Assembly: GCA_964583685.1 (NCBI GenBank)
Contig: CAZOVJ010000001.1
Span: forward strand, 132,033 to 196,032
Direction: 5' to 3'
Source of the DNA: an uncultured Gammaproteobacteria bacterium
GTDB taxonomy: Bacteria; Patescibacteriota; Microgenomatia; UBA8517
Length of the DNA: 64,000 nt
Position numbers and translations under genes: made by a program. The notes beneath the pieces are model-generated. The model was not told where the DNA came from. It did not search any database and saw only the letters and a list, made by a program, of their open reading frames with translations. Below, piece by piece: positions 9,828 through 19,516 of the stretch. The stretch's first letter is position 1. Every line of letters starts with the position of its first letter.

Positions 9828-10604
9828 ATGGAAAAAAGGAAAAAATTTATAATCACCTCAATTGTTCTGTCTTTAGGTTTTATCGGAATAAACCTCCTAG
9901 AGAATTATCTTCGTTTTTGGGCGATAGGGGGATTGACAATTGCCACTATTATTCTATTTTTTTGGTCTCTTGCCGAAGGCTTGGGTTTAAATGCAACCCT
10001 TTTAACTTTAATATTGCCAGGGCTCTTTACCTTAGGAGTAGGGCTTTTCTGGTTTCTTTTGCCAACCACCATTCTGGCTAGACTGCCAATTATTATATTG
10101 TATGGATTGGGGATTTATGCTTTAAATTTGACTCTGAATATTTTTACTGTATCGGCGGTCAGGACCATTGCTTTAGCTCGAGCCGCCAAAGGAGTAGGAT
10201 TTGTCTTGACCCTTTTGGTAGCTTTTTTACTTTTTGATACTATTCTCTCCGTAAAATTTAGTCTTTGGCTAACAGTGTTAATGGTTGCCTTGGTTTCTTT
10301 TTTGCTTTTTTTTCAAGGGCTTTGGGTTATTAGACTGGAAAAAAATTTATTTTCTGGCGATCTTTTATTAATCTCAGGTTTGTTGAGCCTGGGCTTGGCC
10401 GAGATTGCTATGTTGTTATATTTCTGGCCGGTGACCGTAGTTGTTGGTTCACTTTTTTTAACAGTGGCTGTTTACATCCTTTTAGGTTTGGGGCAGGCGA
10501 GTCGAGAAGGTCGTCTTTTTAAGCAAACAGTAAGAGAGTATTTGACAGTAGGCCTAGTTGTGTTCATCGCCATGTTATTTTTTGCTACTTATTGGGGCGG
10601 CTGA
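9828..10604 (+). CDS. Hypothetical polytopic membrane protein
   Basis: 258 aa, 7-8 hydrophobic helices, no motif recognised. Confidence 0.45.
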   Translation: MEKRKKFIITSIVLSLGFIGINLLENYLRFWAIGGLTIATIILFFWSLAEGLGLNATLLTLILPGLFTLGVGLFWFLLPTTILARLPIIILYGLGIYALNLTLNIFTVSAVRTIALARAAKGVGFVLTLLVAFLLFDTILSVKFSLWLTVLMVALVSFLLFFQGLWVIRLEKNLFSGDLLLISGLLSLGLAEIAMLLYFWPVTVVVGSLFLTVAVYILLGLGQASREGRLFKQTVREYLTVGLVVFIAMLFFATYWGG

Positions 10605-11281
10605 TTAGAGACACGACAAAAAGAGGGGAGAGGGGCATATAGTCTGACTTATAGTTTTAGCAAGTAGTCCTTTTGAGTGCTACTTTTCACAAATATTATA
10701 GGTTGTTTTCACGGAAAACGGATTTTTAGGAAACCGCAGGATACCCGAAGGGACAACTGGTACACTTTGATATAGTTATGAGGTTCAAAAAAGATACTTT
10801 GAGCCACTCTCTTTCCTGGAACGAGATCTTAATAAATTGTTTGGTGAATAATCATATATCCTCCCAGAGTAAGGAGCCTGCTTCCTGGCTGCAAAAGTTA
10901 ACTGGGGTTCCACCATTTAAGAGAGGAGCTTAAGTATATCGTCGCACAATAATACTTTTGCGACGTAATCTATTTGCTTGAGAGTGGAGAGTCTTTTATG
11001 CCTTTATACCAACTACTCCTTGGAACAAAAGCACTTAAAAGGAAAAAACTTTTATTTTAAGTTCTCTTTTTTCTTTTTGTGTCCAAAAATCTTGCCAAAT
11101 AAAACCCAAATAGATTTTCTTTACTTTTACTCACTGCTCCCCTGTCAATGATTAACTACTCATCTTTTTTATAACAAAGGCCCTAGAATTGATTTCAGAG
11201 CTTAGCTTTGCTAGAATCATTTCCCAAATGAGAAAAGAGCGTCTTAAAAGATTTGGAAGGCTAACTAATTTATTCCAGGTA

Positions 11282-11965
11282 ATGCCGCCGAGTTTTGATA
11301 TGGATGGGGTTTTGGTTAATTCAGGTAAGAAAGTTGCCGAGAGAGTCAATGAAATATTGGGGACTAGTTATCAATCTCAAGATGTAAATGAATGGGATAT
11401 CGTACAAAAATGGGCAATGCTTGAAGGTTGGTCTAAGGTCAGGGCCAGGGAATTGGACAGAAAGCTTTGGAGTGACCCAAACATTTTCCTTCAGTCACCG
11501 CCAATGCCTTGCGCACATGACTTTATGGAGGCTCTTCATAGGCAGGGAATTAAGCCTTATTTTGTGACTTCCAGGCCGCCGGAATTCCGGCCAAGTACCC
11601 TGGCATGGGTTGAAAAGGAGATGTCTTGGATAGAGGAAAGTCATGTTTGTATTCGCAAAAATGAAGAGATTTCAGGAGCTCTCTTTAAGGCGCGGAAGAT
11701 AAATGAATTACAGATAGGGATTCATATTGAGGATTCTGCTAAACAAGCAAGGGAAATTCTAGAAAACGCCCCAAATTGTTTGGTGGTTCTCCTCAGTTAT
11801 CCAAGCGAAGCCGGTCAGATTAATAATAAACGCTTAATTGAAATCCCAGCCCCCAAAAAGTTTAGTCTTAGATTCTATAATCTCTATCAGCTAGTTTCCA
11901 ATCCAGATTTTTTATCAGAATGCCTTCAGAGAATTTCTAGTGCGTCGCATAATGTTGACAGCTGA
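11282..11965 (+). CDS. HAD-superfamily hydrolase (5'-nucleotidase-like)
   Basis: MPPSFDMDGVLVNS is HAD motif I (DxDGVL). The start could be further upstream (11189 or 11228). Confidence 0.55.
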   Translation: MPPSFDMDGVLVNSGKKVAERVNEILGTSYQSQDVNEWDIVQKWAMLEGWSKVRARELDRKLWSDPNIFLQSPPMPCAHDFMEALHRQGIKPYFVTSRPPEFRPSTLAWVEKEMSWIEESHVCIRKNEEISGALFKARKINELQIGIHIEDSAKQAREILENAPNCLVVLLSYPSEAGQINNKRLIEIPAPKKFSLRFYNLYQLVSNPDFLSECLQRISSASHNVDS

Positions 11966-11989
11966 TTCTATTTAGTATAAAGTGAAATT

Positions 11990-12973
11990 ATGCCTGCCCA
12001 ACCAAAACAAAAATCCGAACTTCTCCAAAAAATAAGCCAATTTTTAGAACATCTTGAGGTTGAACGGGGCTGCTCTCCCCTAACCATCCGCAATTACCAA
12101 CACTATCTCATCCGCTTTTGTTCTTGGATGGAAAAAGAGAAACTGGGTCGTAAACTAGCGGATATTAATCAAGAGGTTGTCAGACGCTATCGAATCTACC
12201 TCACTCGCCTACCCGGGCACCCAGCTCAGACTAAAGTTAGAGAGAATTTGAATTCTCGGCTTTCCCGTAAAACTCAGGCCTATCATGTTATTGCTCTGCG
12301 TTCTTTTTTAAGGTGGCTGGTTAAGAATGATTATAAAGTCTTAGCTCCGGAGAAAATTGACCTTCCCAAGGTTCAAAGTCGAGAGGTCAAATTTCTTAAT
12401 GGTGAGCTTATTGATAGACTTCTCAATGCTCCTTCTCTGGCCAAGATAACCGGTAAAAGAGATAAGGCTATTTTAGAATTATTCTTTTCTACTGGTTTGC
12501 GAGTTTCAGAGCTGGTCAAGCTCAATCAAAACCAACTAGATTGGCAAAGTCGTGAATTTGGCATTATTGGTAAAGGAGGTAAATCGCGAGTGGCATTTTT
12601 ATCAAAACGAGCCAGTCAATGGCTTAAGAAATATTTGTCAGCTCGCAAAGATAATTATAAACCGCTTTTTATTCGTCATCGGGGCAAAAAAGATCCCTCT
12701 GTTTCTGACGAAGAGATGCGTTTATCAGCCCGTTCTGTTCAAAGGATGGTCAAAAAATATGTGAGGAAGGTAAAATTGCCGATTGAAGCGACTCCCCATA
12801 CTATTCGCCACAGTTTTGCCACTGATTTACTGATGGCCGGAGCTGATTTGCGCAGTGTTCAAGAGATGCTTGGTCATAAAAATATTTCTACCACTCAGAT
12901 TTACACTCACGTAACCAATCGCCAGCTTCGTCAAGTTCACGCCGCTTTCCACGGCAAAGGAGGAGTTAATTAA
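11990..12973 (+). CDS. Tyrosine site-specific recombinase, XerC/XerD-like
   Basis: C-terminal catalytic region HTIRHSFATDLLMAGADLRSVQEMLGHKNISTTQIYTHV carries the R..H..R..Y signature. Confidence 0.8.
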   Translation: MPAQPKQKSELLQKISQFLEHLEVERGCSPLTIRNYQHYLIRFCSWMEKEKLGRKLADINQEVVRRYRIYLTRLPGHPAQTKVRENLNSRLSRKTQAYHVIALRSFLRWLVKNDYKVLAPEKIDLPKVQSREVKFLNGELIDRLLNAPSLAKITGKRDKAILELFFSTGLRVSELVKLNQNQLDWQSREFGIIGKGGKSRVAFLSKRASQWLKKYLSARKDNYKPLFIRHRGKKDPSVSDEEMRLSARSVQRMVKKYVRKVKLPIEATPHTIRHSFATDLLMAGADLRSVQEMLGHKNISTTQIYTHVTNRQLRQVHAAFHGKGGVN

Positions 12974-15567
12974 CTGTTCTTTTCTAGGGTGGCAACGGCC
13001 GCGACACCGTCAGATTTGTTTTTAAAGCGCATCAAGATTACTCCTTGAGTAGCCCGGCCCAATTGAGGAATGTTTTTCAAGGGCAGTTTAATAATTTGTC
13101 CGGATTTACTGGTGATGATAATTTGCTCAATTTTTTGGTTAACCATAATGGCTGAGATTAATTTTCCGGTTTTATCATTGACAACAGCTGCTTTTACTCC
13201 TTTACCTCCCCTTCTTTGGCTGGGAAAGAGGTGAAGCTTGGTTCTTTTGCCCAGTCCGTTCTTGCTAATAGTTAGTATGTCTCGAAAGACCTTTCTTCTT
13301 CTATCTTTGGGACGGGTTTGTTTTTCGCTAAAGATTTCCATAGCGATTACTTTGTCTTCTTGTTCAAGCCTTATTCCCCGGACGCCCCTTGTTGCCCGAC
13401 CCATTGGTCGAACATTGGCTTCAGGAAATCTGATTGCTTTGCCGTTTCTGGTCAAAAGTAAAACATGGTCCTTGCCTGAGGTTGGTTGAACAGAAACAAG
13501 CTTGTCTCCCTTGACCAAGCGTATGGCAATCAGTCCGTTAGACCTTAGGTTTTGAAACTGACTGCTGGCTGTTTTTTTGATTTTCCCCAGGGCCGTGGCC
13601 ATGATCAAATATTTGGTTTTTTGCCCATCCAAAGCCAAAATCGAAAGAACGTGTTCTCCTTGTTCAAGATTGAGAATATTGACCAGGGCTTGACCCTTAG
13701 ATTGGCGCGTAGTTTCAGGAATTTCCCAAGCCTTAGTAGTAAATACTCTTCCCTTATCAGTAAAAAAGAGAATGTTGTCATGGGTGGTGATTGATATCAG
13801 GTGTTCAATCTCATCCTCTTTTTTGGTGGTCATGCCGATTACTCCCTTGCCTCCTCTTCGTTGAGACCGGAAAGTGCCCCTGGGCATTCTTTTAATATAG
13901 CCGCTCTTAGTAACAGCAATTAGAGCGTCTTCTTTAGCTACCAAGTCTTCTTCGGAAAACTCACCTACTTTTTGTTTGTATATTTTGGTTTTTCTGGCAT
14001 CTCCAAATTTTTCCTTGAGTTCATTAAGTTCTTTACTGATTATCCGAAGAACTTTTTTCGGCTCTAGGAGAATAGCGGTTAAACGGTCAATTATTTCTTT
14101 AATTTTCTTATACTCCTTTTCAATTTTTTCTCGCTCTAAAGCAGCCAAGCGGCGTAGTTGCATGTCAAGGATGGCGTTTGCTTGGATTTCTGTTAGCTGG
14201 AATTTTTTCACTAAATTGTTTTTTGCATCTTCTTGGGTTCTGCTGCGGCGGATGGTTTTGATGACCGCATCCAGGTTGTCTAAGGCAATTTTCAGTCCTT
14301 CTAAAATATGAGCCCGCCTTTTAGCCTGGGTTAACTCAAAAATAGTTCTTCTGATGATGACCCTTTGTCGGTGCTTGATGTATACAACGAGAATTTGCTT
14401 GAGGGTGACCGTATGGGGTGTGCCATCAACAAGAGCGACAAAATTAGCCGGGAATGTTGTTTGTAATTTGGTATGTTTGTAGAGATTATTGAGGACGGAA
14501 TTGGGTCTGGCATCGCGTTTTAATTCAACGACAACTCTCATTCCTTCCTTATCGCTTTCATCTCTAAGTTTGGCCACTCCGGTTATTCTTTTATCTTTTA
14601 CTAGCTGAGCAATCTTTGCCACCAGCCGACTTTTATTTACCTGATAAGGGATTTCACTGATGACAATTTGCGAACGACCGTGGCTTGCTTCTTTAATCTC
14701 AGCCACCCCGCGAATTAATATTTTTCCTCTACCGGTAGCATAGACATCACGGATGCTGGTTGCATCATAAATTCTTGCTCCTGTCGGAAAATCTGGTCCG
14801 GGGATTATTTTGATAAGCTCATCTATGGTGATGTCACTTTCAAAAGAGACGACTGAGGGAGTGAGTTCTTGGCTAGTTTCTTGTTTTTCCAGGCCCGAGG
14901 CAACCAGACTTATTCTTTTGATGAAAAAATCGCTTTCCTTTTTCTGCTCTTTTTCTTGAGAAACTACTCTCCCCCTTTTAATGGTTTCAAGAATGGCAGC
15001 AATAGTTTCTTTGAGATTGTGAGGAGGGATTTTTGTTGCCATACCCACGGCTATTCCTTCTGAGCCCATCAGTAGCAAATTTGGCAGGAGTGCCGGTAGA
15101 TATCTTGGTTCTTTCGTTGTTCCATCAAAATTATTAACAAAATCAACAGTTTCTTTTTCAATGTCCGCCAGCATGAATTGAGAAATTGGGTCCAGTCGAA
15201 CTTCGGTATAACGCATGGCCGCGGCCCGGTCGCCGTCAACTGAGCCGAAATTTCCTTGGCCGTCAATTAAGGGATAACGCATGGAAAAATTCTGGGCCAA
15301 ACGAACAAGGGCGTCATAGACAGCTTGGTCGCCGTGGGGATGAAATTTTCCCAGGACTTCCCCTACTATCTTGGCGCTTTTACTATAAGAAGATTTTTTA
15401 CCCAGGCCCATTAAATGCATGGCATAGAGAATCCGTCGGTGAACAGGTTTTAGACCATCTCGGGTATCGGGAAGGGCTCGGGCCACAATCACGCTCATGG
15501 CATAGTCTAAATAGGATTTTGAAAGTTCAGAGGTAATCTCAGCTGGTTGTACTTTGCCTATATCCAT
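12970..15567 (-). CDS. gyrA: DNA gyrase subunit A
   Basis: LKPVHRRILYAM, active site AAMRYTEVRL, and a C-terminal beta-pinwheel repeat region. The ORF track start at 15594 is probably an upstream extension. Confidence 0.9.
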   Translation of the reverse strand: MDIGKVQPAEITSELSKSYLDYAMSVIVARALPDTRDGLKPVHRRILYAMHLMGLGKKSSYSKSAKIVGEVLGKFHPHGDQAVYDALVRLAQNFSMRYPLIDGQGNFGSVDGDRAAAMRYTEVRLDPISQFMLADIEKETVDFVNNFDGTTKEPRYLPALLPNLLLMGSEGIAVGMATKIPPHNLKETIAAILETIKRGRVVSQEKEQKKESDFFIKRISLVASGLEKQETSQELTPSVVSFESDITIDELIKIIPGPDFPTGARIYDATSIRDVYATGRGKILIRGVAEIKEASHGRSQIVISEIPYQVNKSRLVAKIAQLVKDKRITGVAKLRDESDKEGMRVVVELKRDARPNSVLNNLYKHTKLQTTFPANFVALVDGTPHTVTLKQILVVYIKHRQRVIIRRTIFELTQAKRRAHILEGLKIALDNLDAVIKTIRRSRTQEDAKNNLVKKFQLTEIQANAILDMQLRRLAALEREKIEKEYKKIKEIIDRLTAILLEPKKVLRIISKELNELKEKFGDARKTKIYKQKVGEFSEEDLVAKEDALIAVTKSGYIKRMPRGTFRSQRRGGKGVIGMTTKKEDEIEHLISITTHDNILFFTDKGRVFTTKAWEIPETTRQSKGQALVNILNLEQGEHVLSILALDGQKTKYLIMATALGKIKKTASSQFQNLRSNGLIAIRLVKGDKLVSVQPTSGKDHVLLLTRNGKAIRFPEANVRPMGRATRGVRGIRLEQEDKVIAMEIFSEKQTRPKDRRRKVFRDILTISKNGLGKRTKLHLFPSQRRGGKGVKAAVVNDKTGKLISAIMVNQKIEQIIITSKSGQIIKLPLKNIPQLGRATQGVILMRFKNKSDGVAAVATLEKNS

Positions 15568-15635
15568 AAAAAAGCAGGCTAGAAGCCTACTCATATTTTA
15601 CCTTTTTTCAGCCTTGAGAGCAAGGACTGATGATG

Positions 15636-15965
15636 CTAATTTTGACTGTAGTCTTTATATTTGTGTGCTGGTGGTAGTTGATAGTCGTAGTGCCGAAGTC
15701 CGGTAAAAATTAAATCAGCTAATTCCAAACTGAGAACTTCATGCTCAACATCAATGTTTAGACCTTTTCTTCCAATAACAAATATTCCACGAGCAATCCT
15801 GAATTCTTTATCGGAGTGCCTTTTAGGATTATTAAGGATTCTTTGAACTCTCTCAAAATCTCGCGAGCTTTGCTCTGCGATCTCCTTTAGCGCTGGGCTT
15901 AATCTTTCCGGCATCTCAATTTTCCTGGGCTCCCCGAGCAGCTTTTCTATAAGCACAGAATTCAC
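15636..15965 (-). CDS. Hypothetical protein (109 aa) overlapping the 3' end of the Cas4-like gene
   Basis: ORF only, no motif. Overlaps the upstream gene by about 50 nt in another frame. Confidence 0.3.
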   Translation of the reverse strand: MNSVLIEKLLGEPRKIEMPERLSPALKEIAEQSSRDFERVQRILNNPKRHSDKEFRIARGIFVIGRKGLNIDVEHEVLSLELADLIFTGLRHYDYQLPPAHKYKDYSQN

Positions 15966-16668
15966 AAGTGGCTGATGACTGAGGAATTTTATTGCTATTA
16001 AGGCATTTTTTTATCTCAATAATCGTTGGCTCAACCCAGGAATCATCTCCCTTATGGGCCAGGATTGAGAGTTTAAATTCCAATCGGCCATCAAATTTCT
16101 CTCGATTCCTGGCCGCATTGGCAAAAACAAAATAGCCTACATTAGCCACCTTGAATCCCAATTGTCGGAAAATCCATTGATAGACCTCCAATTGCCTTTT
16201 ATATCCCTGTTTGTATTTATCCTCAAGTGAGATTTCCCTGCTTGTGCTGGTAGCCTTATAGTCAACTATCAAAAGATTGCCTTTTGGGTCTTGCCAGAGA
16301 TCATCAATAATGCCGCTAATCTTGAGATTGGTTTTTTTATGAATTGTACTGGCCCCTTCATAATGATAAAAGTCATCACGCCAGGTTGGTAGCTCCGGAT
16401 GATTAAAAGGCAAAGCCTTAATTTTGTATTGCTTCATCAGCTCATGGACTTGGCCTTTTTTGCGCAGAAGGTCAAACTCATTTTTTAGAAGCTGGTCAAC
16501 AGCTGAATTAAGAGGCCAGCCCGGCATTGAGGGTCTTTTTACCCCCAATCGCCTATCCAGGTAAAAACATTTTGGACATTCCAAAAACAAATCAATCTTG
16601 CTCCGGCTGATCCTGAAAGGAAATTTGGATTTGGGGTTATAGAGATTTCTGTTGTGATAGTAAGCCAT
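15916..16668 (-). CDS. Cas4-like / RecB-family PD-(D/E)XK exonuclease (DUF83) with Fe-S cysteine motif
   Basis: N-terminal LFLECPKCFYL (CPxxFYL as in Cas4), LLIVDYKATST (DYK catalytic motif), C-terminal C-x12-C-x2-C cysteine cluster. Confidence 0.7.
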   Translation of the reverse strand: MAYYHNRNLYNPKSKFPFRISRSKIDLFLECPKCFYLDRRLGVKRPSMPGWPLNSAVDQLLKNEFDLLRKKGQVHELMKQYKIKALPFNHPELPTWRDDFYHYEGASTIHKKTNLKISGIIDDLWQDPKGNLLIVDYKATSTSREISLEDKYKQGYKRQLEVYQWIFRQLGFKVANVGYFVFANAARNREKFDGRLEFKLSILAHKGDDSWVEPTIIEIKKCLNSNKIPQSSATCEFCAYRKAARGAQEN

Positions 16669-16699
16669 AAACCGCTATCATTATAGCAGTTTTGCAAGA

Positions 16700-17197
16700 A
16701 TGAAACAGGACGGTTCTACCTTAATTTTATTTAGAGATAATACCCAGAAAGAGGTATTCCTGGTTTTTCGCTCCGATTATCCTATTTGGGCTACCACTGG
16801 CGGCGGCATTGAATCTGGTGAATCTCCTGAGAAAGCAGCTCTTCGCGAAGCTTTTGAGGAAACTGGTTTCAAGGTCAAAATTACTCGCTTTGTCGGCTTA
16901 TACAAGATTCAAGAAGGTGGTAAGATTTCCCACAAATCATATCTTTATGAAGGGAGAGTTGTTTCGGGTAGATTCAAGCCGGAATTTCCCGGTTGCAAAG
17001 GCAAATGGTTTAAGGTTGATAAATTACCCTTAAGTATGACCAACAGAGCAAGAGAAAAAATTTTCGACTGTATTAAATATCAGAATAAAGAATTTAAAAA
17101 AATAGCCGGGCCCCTGAGTTTGAGGAACAATCTGCATCTGCTTCTACTTCATCCCCTGGTGGTTGCCAGATTTATCTTTAAAAGCTTCAAGACCTGA
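16700..17197 (+). CDS. NUDIX hydrolase
   Basis: Nudix box GGGIESGESPEKAALREAFEETG. Confidence 0.75.
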   Translation: MKQDGSTLILFRDNTQKEVFLVFRSDYPIWATTGGGIESGESPEKAALREAFEETGFKVKITRFVGLYKIQEGGKISHKSYLYEGRVVSGRFKPEFPGCKGKWFKVDKLPLSMTNRAREKIFDCIKYQNKEFKKIAGPLSLRNNLHLLLLHPLVVARFIFKSFKT

Positions 17198-17834
17198 GGC
17201 CTTTGAGCAGCCCGCCTATGCGCTCAGAAATGGTGCTTGTTAATTCTGTTAAATCGGCATCCCCCTGCGTGTCGATTGCTTGACCGATTGCGACCCTGAT
17301 GGGAGGAGGTGGCGAGGCCTTAATTCGCCGGAGATCTTCCAATATTTGCCTGGGGGATAGTTTATCGGCAAAGGGAATATATCCTCTAGCACCAACTATT
17401 CCTAACGGAAGAATTGGAACATGCGCCCGTTTGGCAATCCAGGCAGCACCCCTTTTGGCAGGTTTGAGCTGAGTAAGAGTTTCTTTTGTTCCCCTGGTTC
17501 CCCCAACAAACATTCCCAAGTTTCCTCCTTGATTGAGGATTTCGGCGGCTCGACGTAAGGCTGTTCTATCTACCAGTCCTCTTTTAACAGGAAACATCCC
17601 CGCCACTTGCAGAAAAGGTTTGAGAAGGCGTTTTTCAAAGTTTTCCACCTTTACCATAAAATAAACCCAATGAGGATATACTGCTTTCAAGATCATCGAG
17701 GCATCTATCCAACTACTGTGGTTTGAAACTAAGACGTAAGGCTTCCCAGGTATGTTTTCCTTTCCCTGAACCTCCTTGGGTTTAGGAGAATTAGTAAGAA
17801 TAAAGTTGACCATTTCGAGAAAGGCAAGTGACAT
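17187..17834 (-). CDS. plsC: 1-acyl-sn-glycerol-3-phosphate acyltransferase (PlsC family)
   Basis: VSNHSSWIDASMI is the HxxxxD acyltransferase motif. Confidence 0.7.
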   Translation of the reverse strand: MSLAFLEMVNFILTNSPKPKEVQGKENIPGKPYVLVSNHSSWIDASMILKAVYPHWVYFMVKVENFEKRLLKPFLQVAGMFPVKRGLVDRTALRRAAEILNQGGNLGMFVGGTRGTKETLTQLKPAKRGAAWIAKRAHVPILPLGIVGARGYIPFADKLSPRQILEDLRRIKASPPPPIRVAIGQAIDTQGDADLTELTSTISERIGGLLKGLRS

Positions 17835-17896
17835 TCCTTGCTTTATAGTTGGTTCCCTAAAAAAGCGGTCTTGTTCAACCCTTGTTATGGGTGAGA

Positions 17897-18262
17897 TTAT
17901 TTTTTCGGAGCAGGACTTGATTCCTTTAACTTAACTTTTATCGGCCTGACAAGCATTGCTCCCAAGGAAGCCAATTTAAAACCAACACCAGAGATGAACA
18001 TCATCAGAACCAGATGGGCCATGGTATTGAGTGGTTCATCAATTACTCCAGCTGGCATTAAATCCCTTAAGGGAATACTGGCTGGTATAGCTTGAGCCGG
18101 TGCTTTTTTGTCTTGAGGAAGTTGTACTTGTAAATTTCCCAGATTGAAAAACTGGATAGGCTGACACCTTTTTGTAAAAACAAAGTAAACACTAAAACCA
18201 GAAAAAAGAATAGTTAATATGCCGAGAGCAAGTAAAATATAGCCGATTACTTTCTCACTCAT
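17897..18262 (-). CDS. Hypothetical small membrane protein
   Basis: 121 aa, 2 TM helices, translationally coupled to the upstream gene (4-nt overlap). Confidence 0.4.
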   Translation of the reverse strand: MSEKVIGYILLALGILTILFSGFSVYFVFTKRCQPIQFFNLGNLQVQLPQDKKAPAQAIPASIPLRDLMPAGVIDEPLNTMAHLVLMMFISGVGFKLASLGAMLVRPIKVKLKESSPAPKK

Positions 18263-18582
18263 TTTTCCGGTAAGGGATAAAGGGTGGTTTTGCCCACCAA
18301 GATTTTGTAAATATTTTCAATAATATCTCCGCCAGCATAACCAACAATAAAAGTAATGGCCGGGTTAAGGCGATCAAGAATTGGAAGTTTCAAACCAGAC
18401 TCAACCACTGCCCAGGTAATCAATAGGCCGACAAGGCCAGAAATAAACATGATAAAAGCCAAGTACCAGGGCCTGAATTCCACCTTTTTATAGGCAAACT
18501 GATGTTTGATGAAGCCGACTACTCCTCTCACCAACCCGCCGGCCGCCCCGGCCAAAAGTAAAGGGAGAATATTGTCAAACAT
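18259..18582 (-). CDS. Hypothetical small membrane protein
   Basis: 107 aa, 3 TM helices. Confidence 0.4.
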   Translation of the reverse strand: MFDNILPLLLAGAAGGLVRGVVGFIKHQFAYKKVEFRPWYLAFIMFISGLVGLLITWAVVESGLKLPILDRLNPAITFIVGYAGGDIIENIYKILVGKTTLYPLPEK

Positions 18583-18639
18583 TATTTAAAGATAGCACAA
18601 AAATTGATTAATTGACAAATCAACAGTAGAATCAGGCCG

Positions 18640-19475
18640 ATGAGCCAAATTGAGCGAGTTGACAGAGAGGAAGGCAAATATCTTGAGGAAAAGAGAGACG
18701 AGTTGTTTGACTACCTGGAGGGTCAGGTAAGTGAGCGGGTAATTATTGCCATGAGGTCAGTTCCCAGAGAGTTCTTTGTCTTGAATCTTGTTGAGCCTAA
18801 GGATCGGAAGTATACCTATGATAGGGACAAGGCACTTCCAATACGTGACTATGAGTACATATCCTCTATTTCGGCCCCTGAGGTTGTAGCTGAGATGGTC
18901 AATCTCCTAGACCCCAACCAAATGATCTAGTTTTAGAAATAGGAACAGGTACAGGTTATCAAGCGGCTGTTTTGAGTGAACTTAGCAGTCGGGTGGTTAC
19001 GGTTGAGACTATTGAAGACTTGGCCCGTGAAGCAAAACAAAGACTGGAGAGCTTGGGAAGATACAATGTAGAGGTTGTTCTGGCAGACGGAAGTGATTTT
19101 TTGACCAGGACTGATTCCTTCGACAGAATTATCCTTACCGCGGCCATGTTTCCCCGACCCCATGAACGGCTTTTTCCATTATTAAAAGACAATGGGTTGT
19201 TTGTTGGCCCAGTTGCCGGACTAGAGGGTTGTCAAGAATTATGCAAAATTGTTTCCGTCCGCCGGCAGGGTGACATATATATTCATGAAAAGAGTTTATC
19301 GAAAGTTTATGCCTTTGTTCCTTTGCAAGGAAGAAAGGGCTGGGATGCAAATTTACGAATGGCTCCACCACCGGCCGTAAGGGGACTTCTTGATGGGAAC
19401 TTTAAACGATATTTTGGCCAGCCGGGAAGAGTAAGTTACTCGTTTGACAAACCTAGCGAGGTTTGTCATCCTTAG
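18640..19475 (+). pseudogene. pcm: Protein-L-isoaspartate O-methyltransferase, frameshifted near 18915-18925
   Basis: ORF 18640..18930 encodes the PCMT N-terminus (...YDRDKALPIRDYEYISSISAPEVVAEMVNLLDP). The SAM-binding motif DLVLEIGTGTGYQAAVLSEL and the rest of PCMT continue in another frame (18972..19475). One missing base in GACCCCAACCAAATGATC restores a single ORF. Confidence 0.65.
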
Positions 19476-19516
19476 CTCCCCTACCACACCTCGAAATGGT
19501 AAAATAGACTGTTCGA

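Noticed and set aside
12970-12973. 4-nt overlap of convergent stop codons of the xerC-like gene and gyrA
   Set aside because: Convergent overlapping stops (TTAA) are common in compact genomes. It is not a feature of its own.
11990-12973. Tyrosine recombinase as the integrase of a mobile element
   Set aside because: It is XerC/D-like in length and motifs. Its neighbours are core genes (HAD hydrolase, gyrA). No flanking repeats or cargo genes were seen, so it is most likely the chromosomal dimer-resolution recombinase.
13238-15536. Several plus-strand ORFs (13238, 13552, 13976, 14869, 15186)
   Set aside because: All are antisense within gyrA. This is typical spurious ORF occurrence opposite a long gene.
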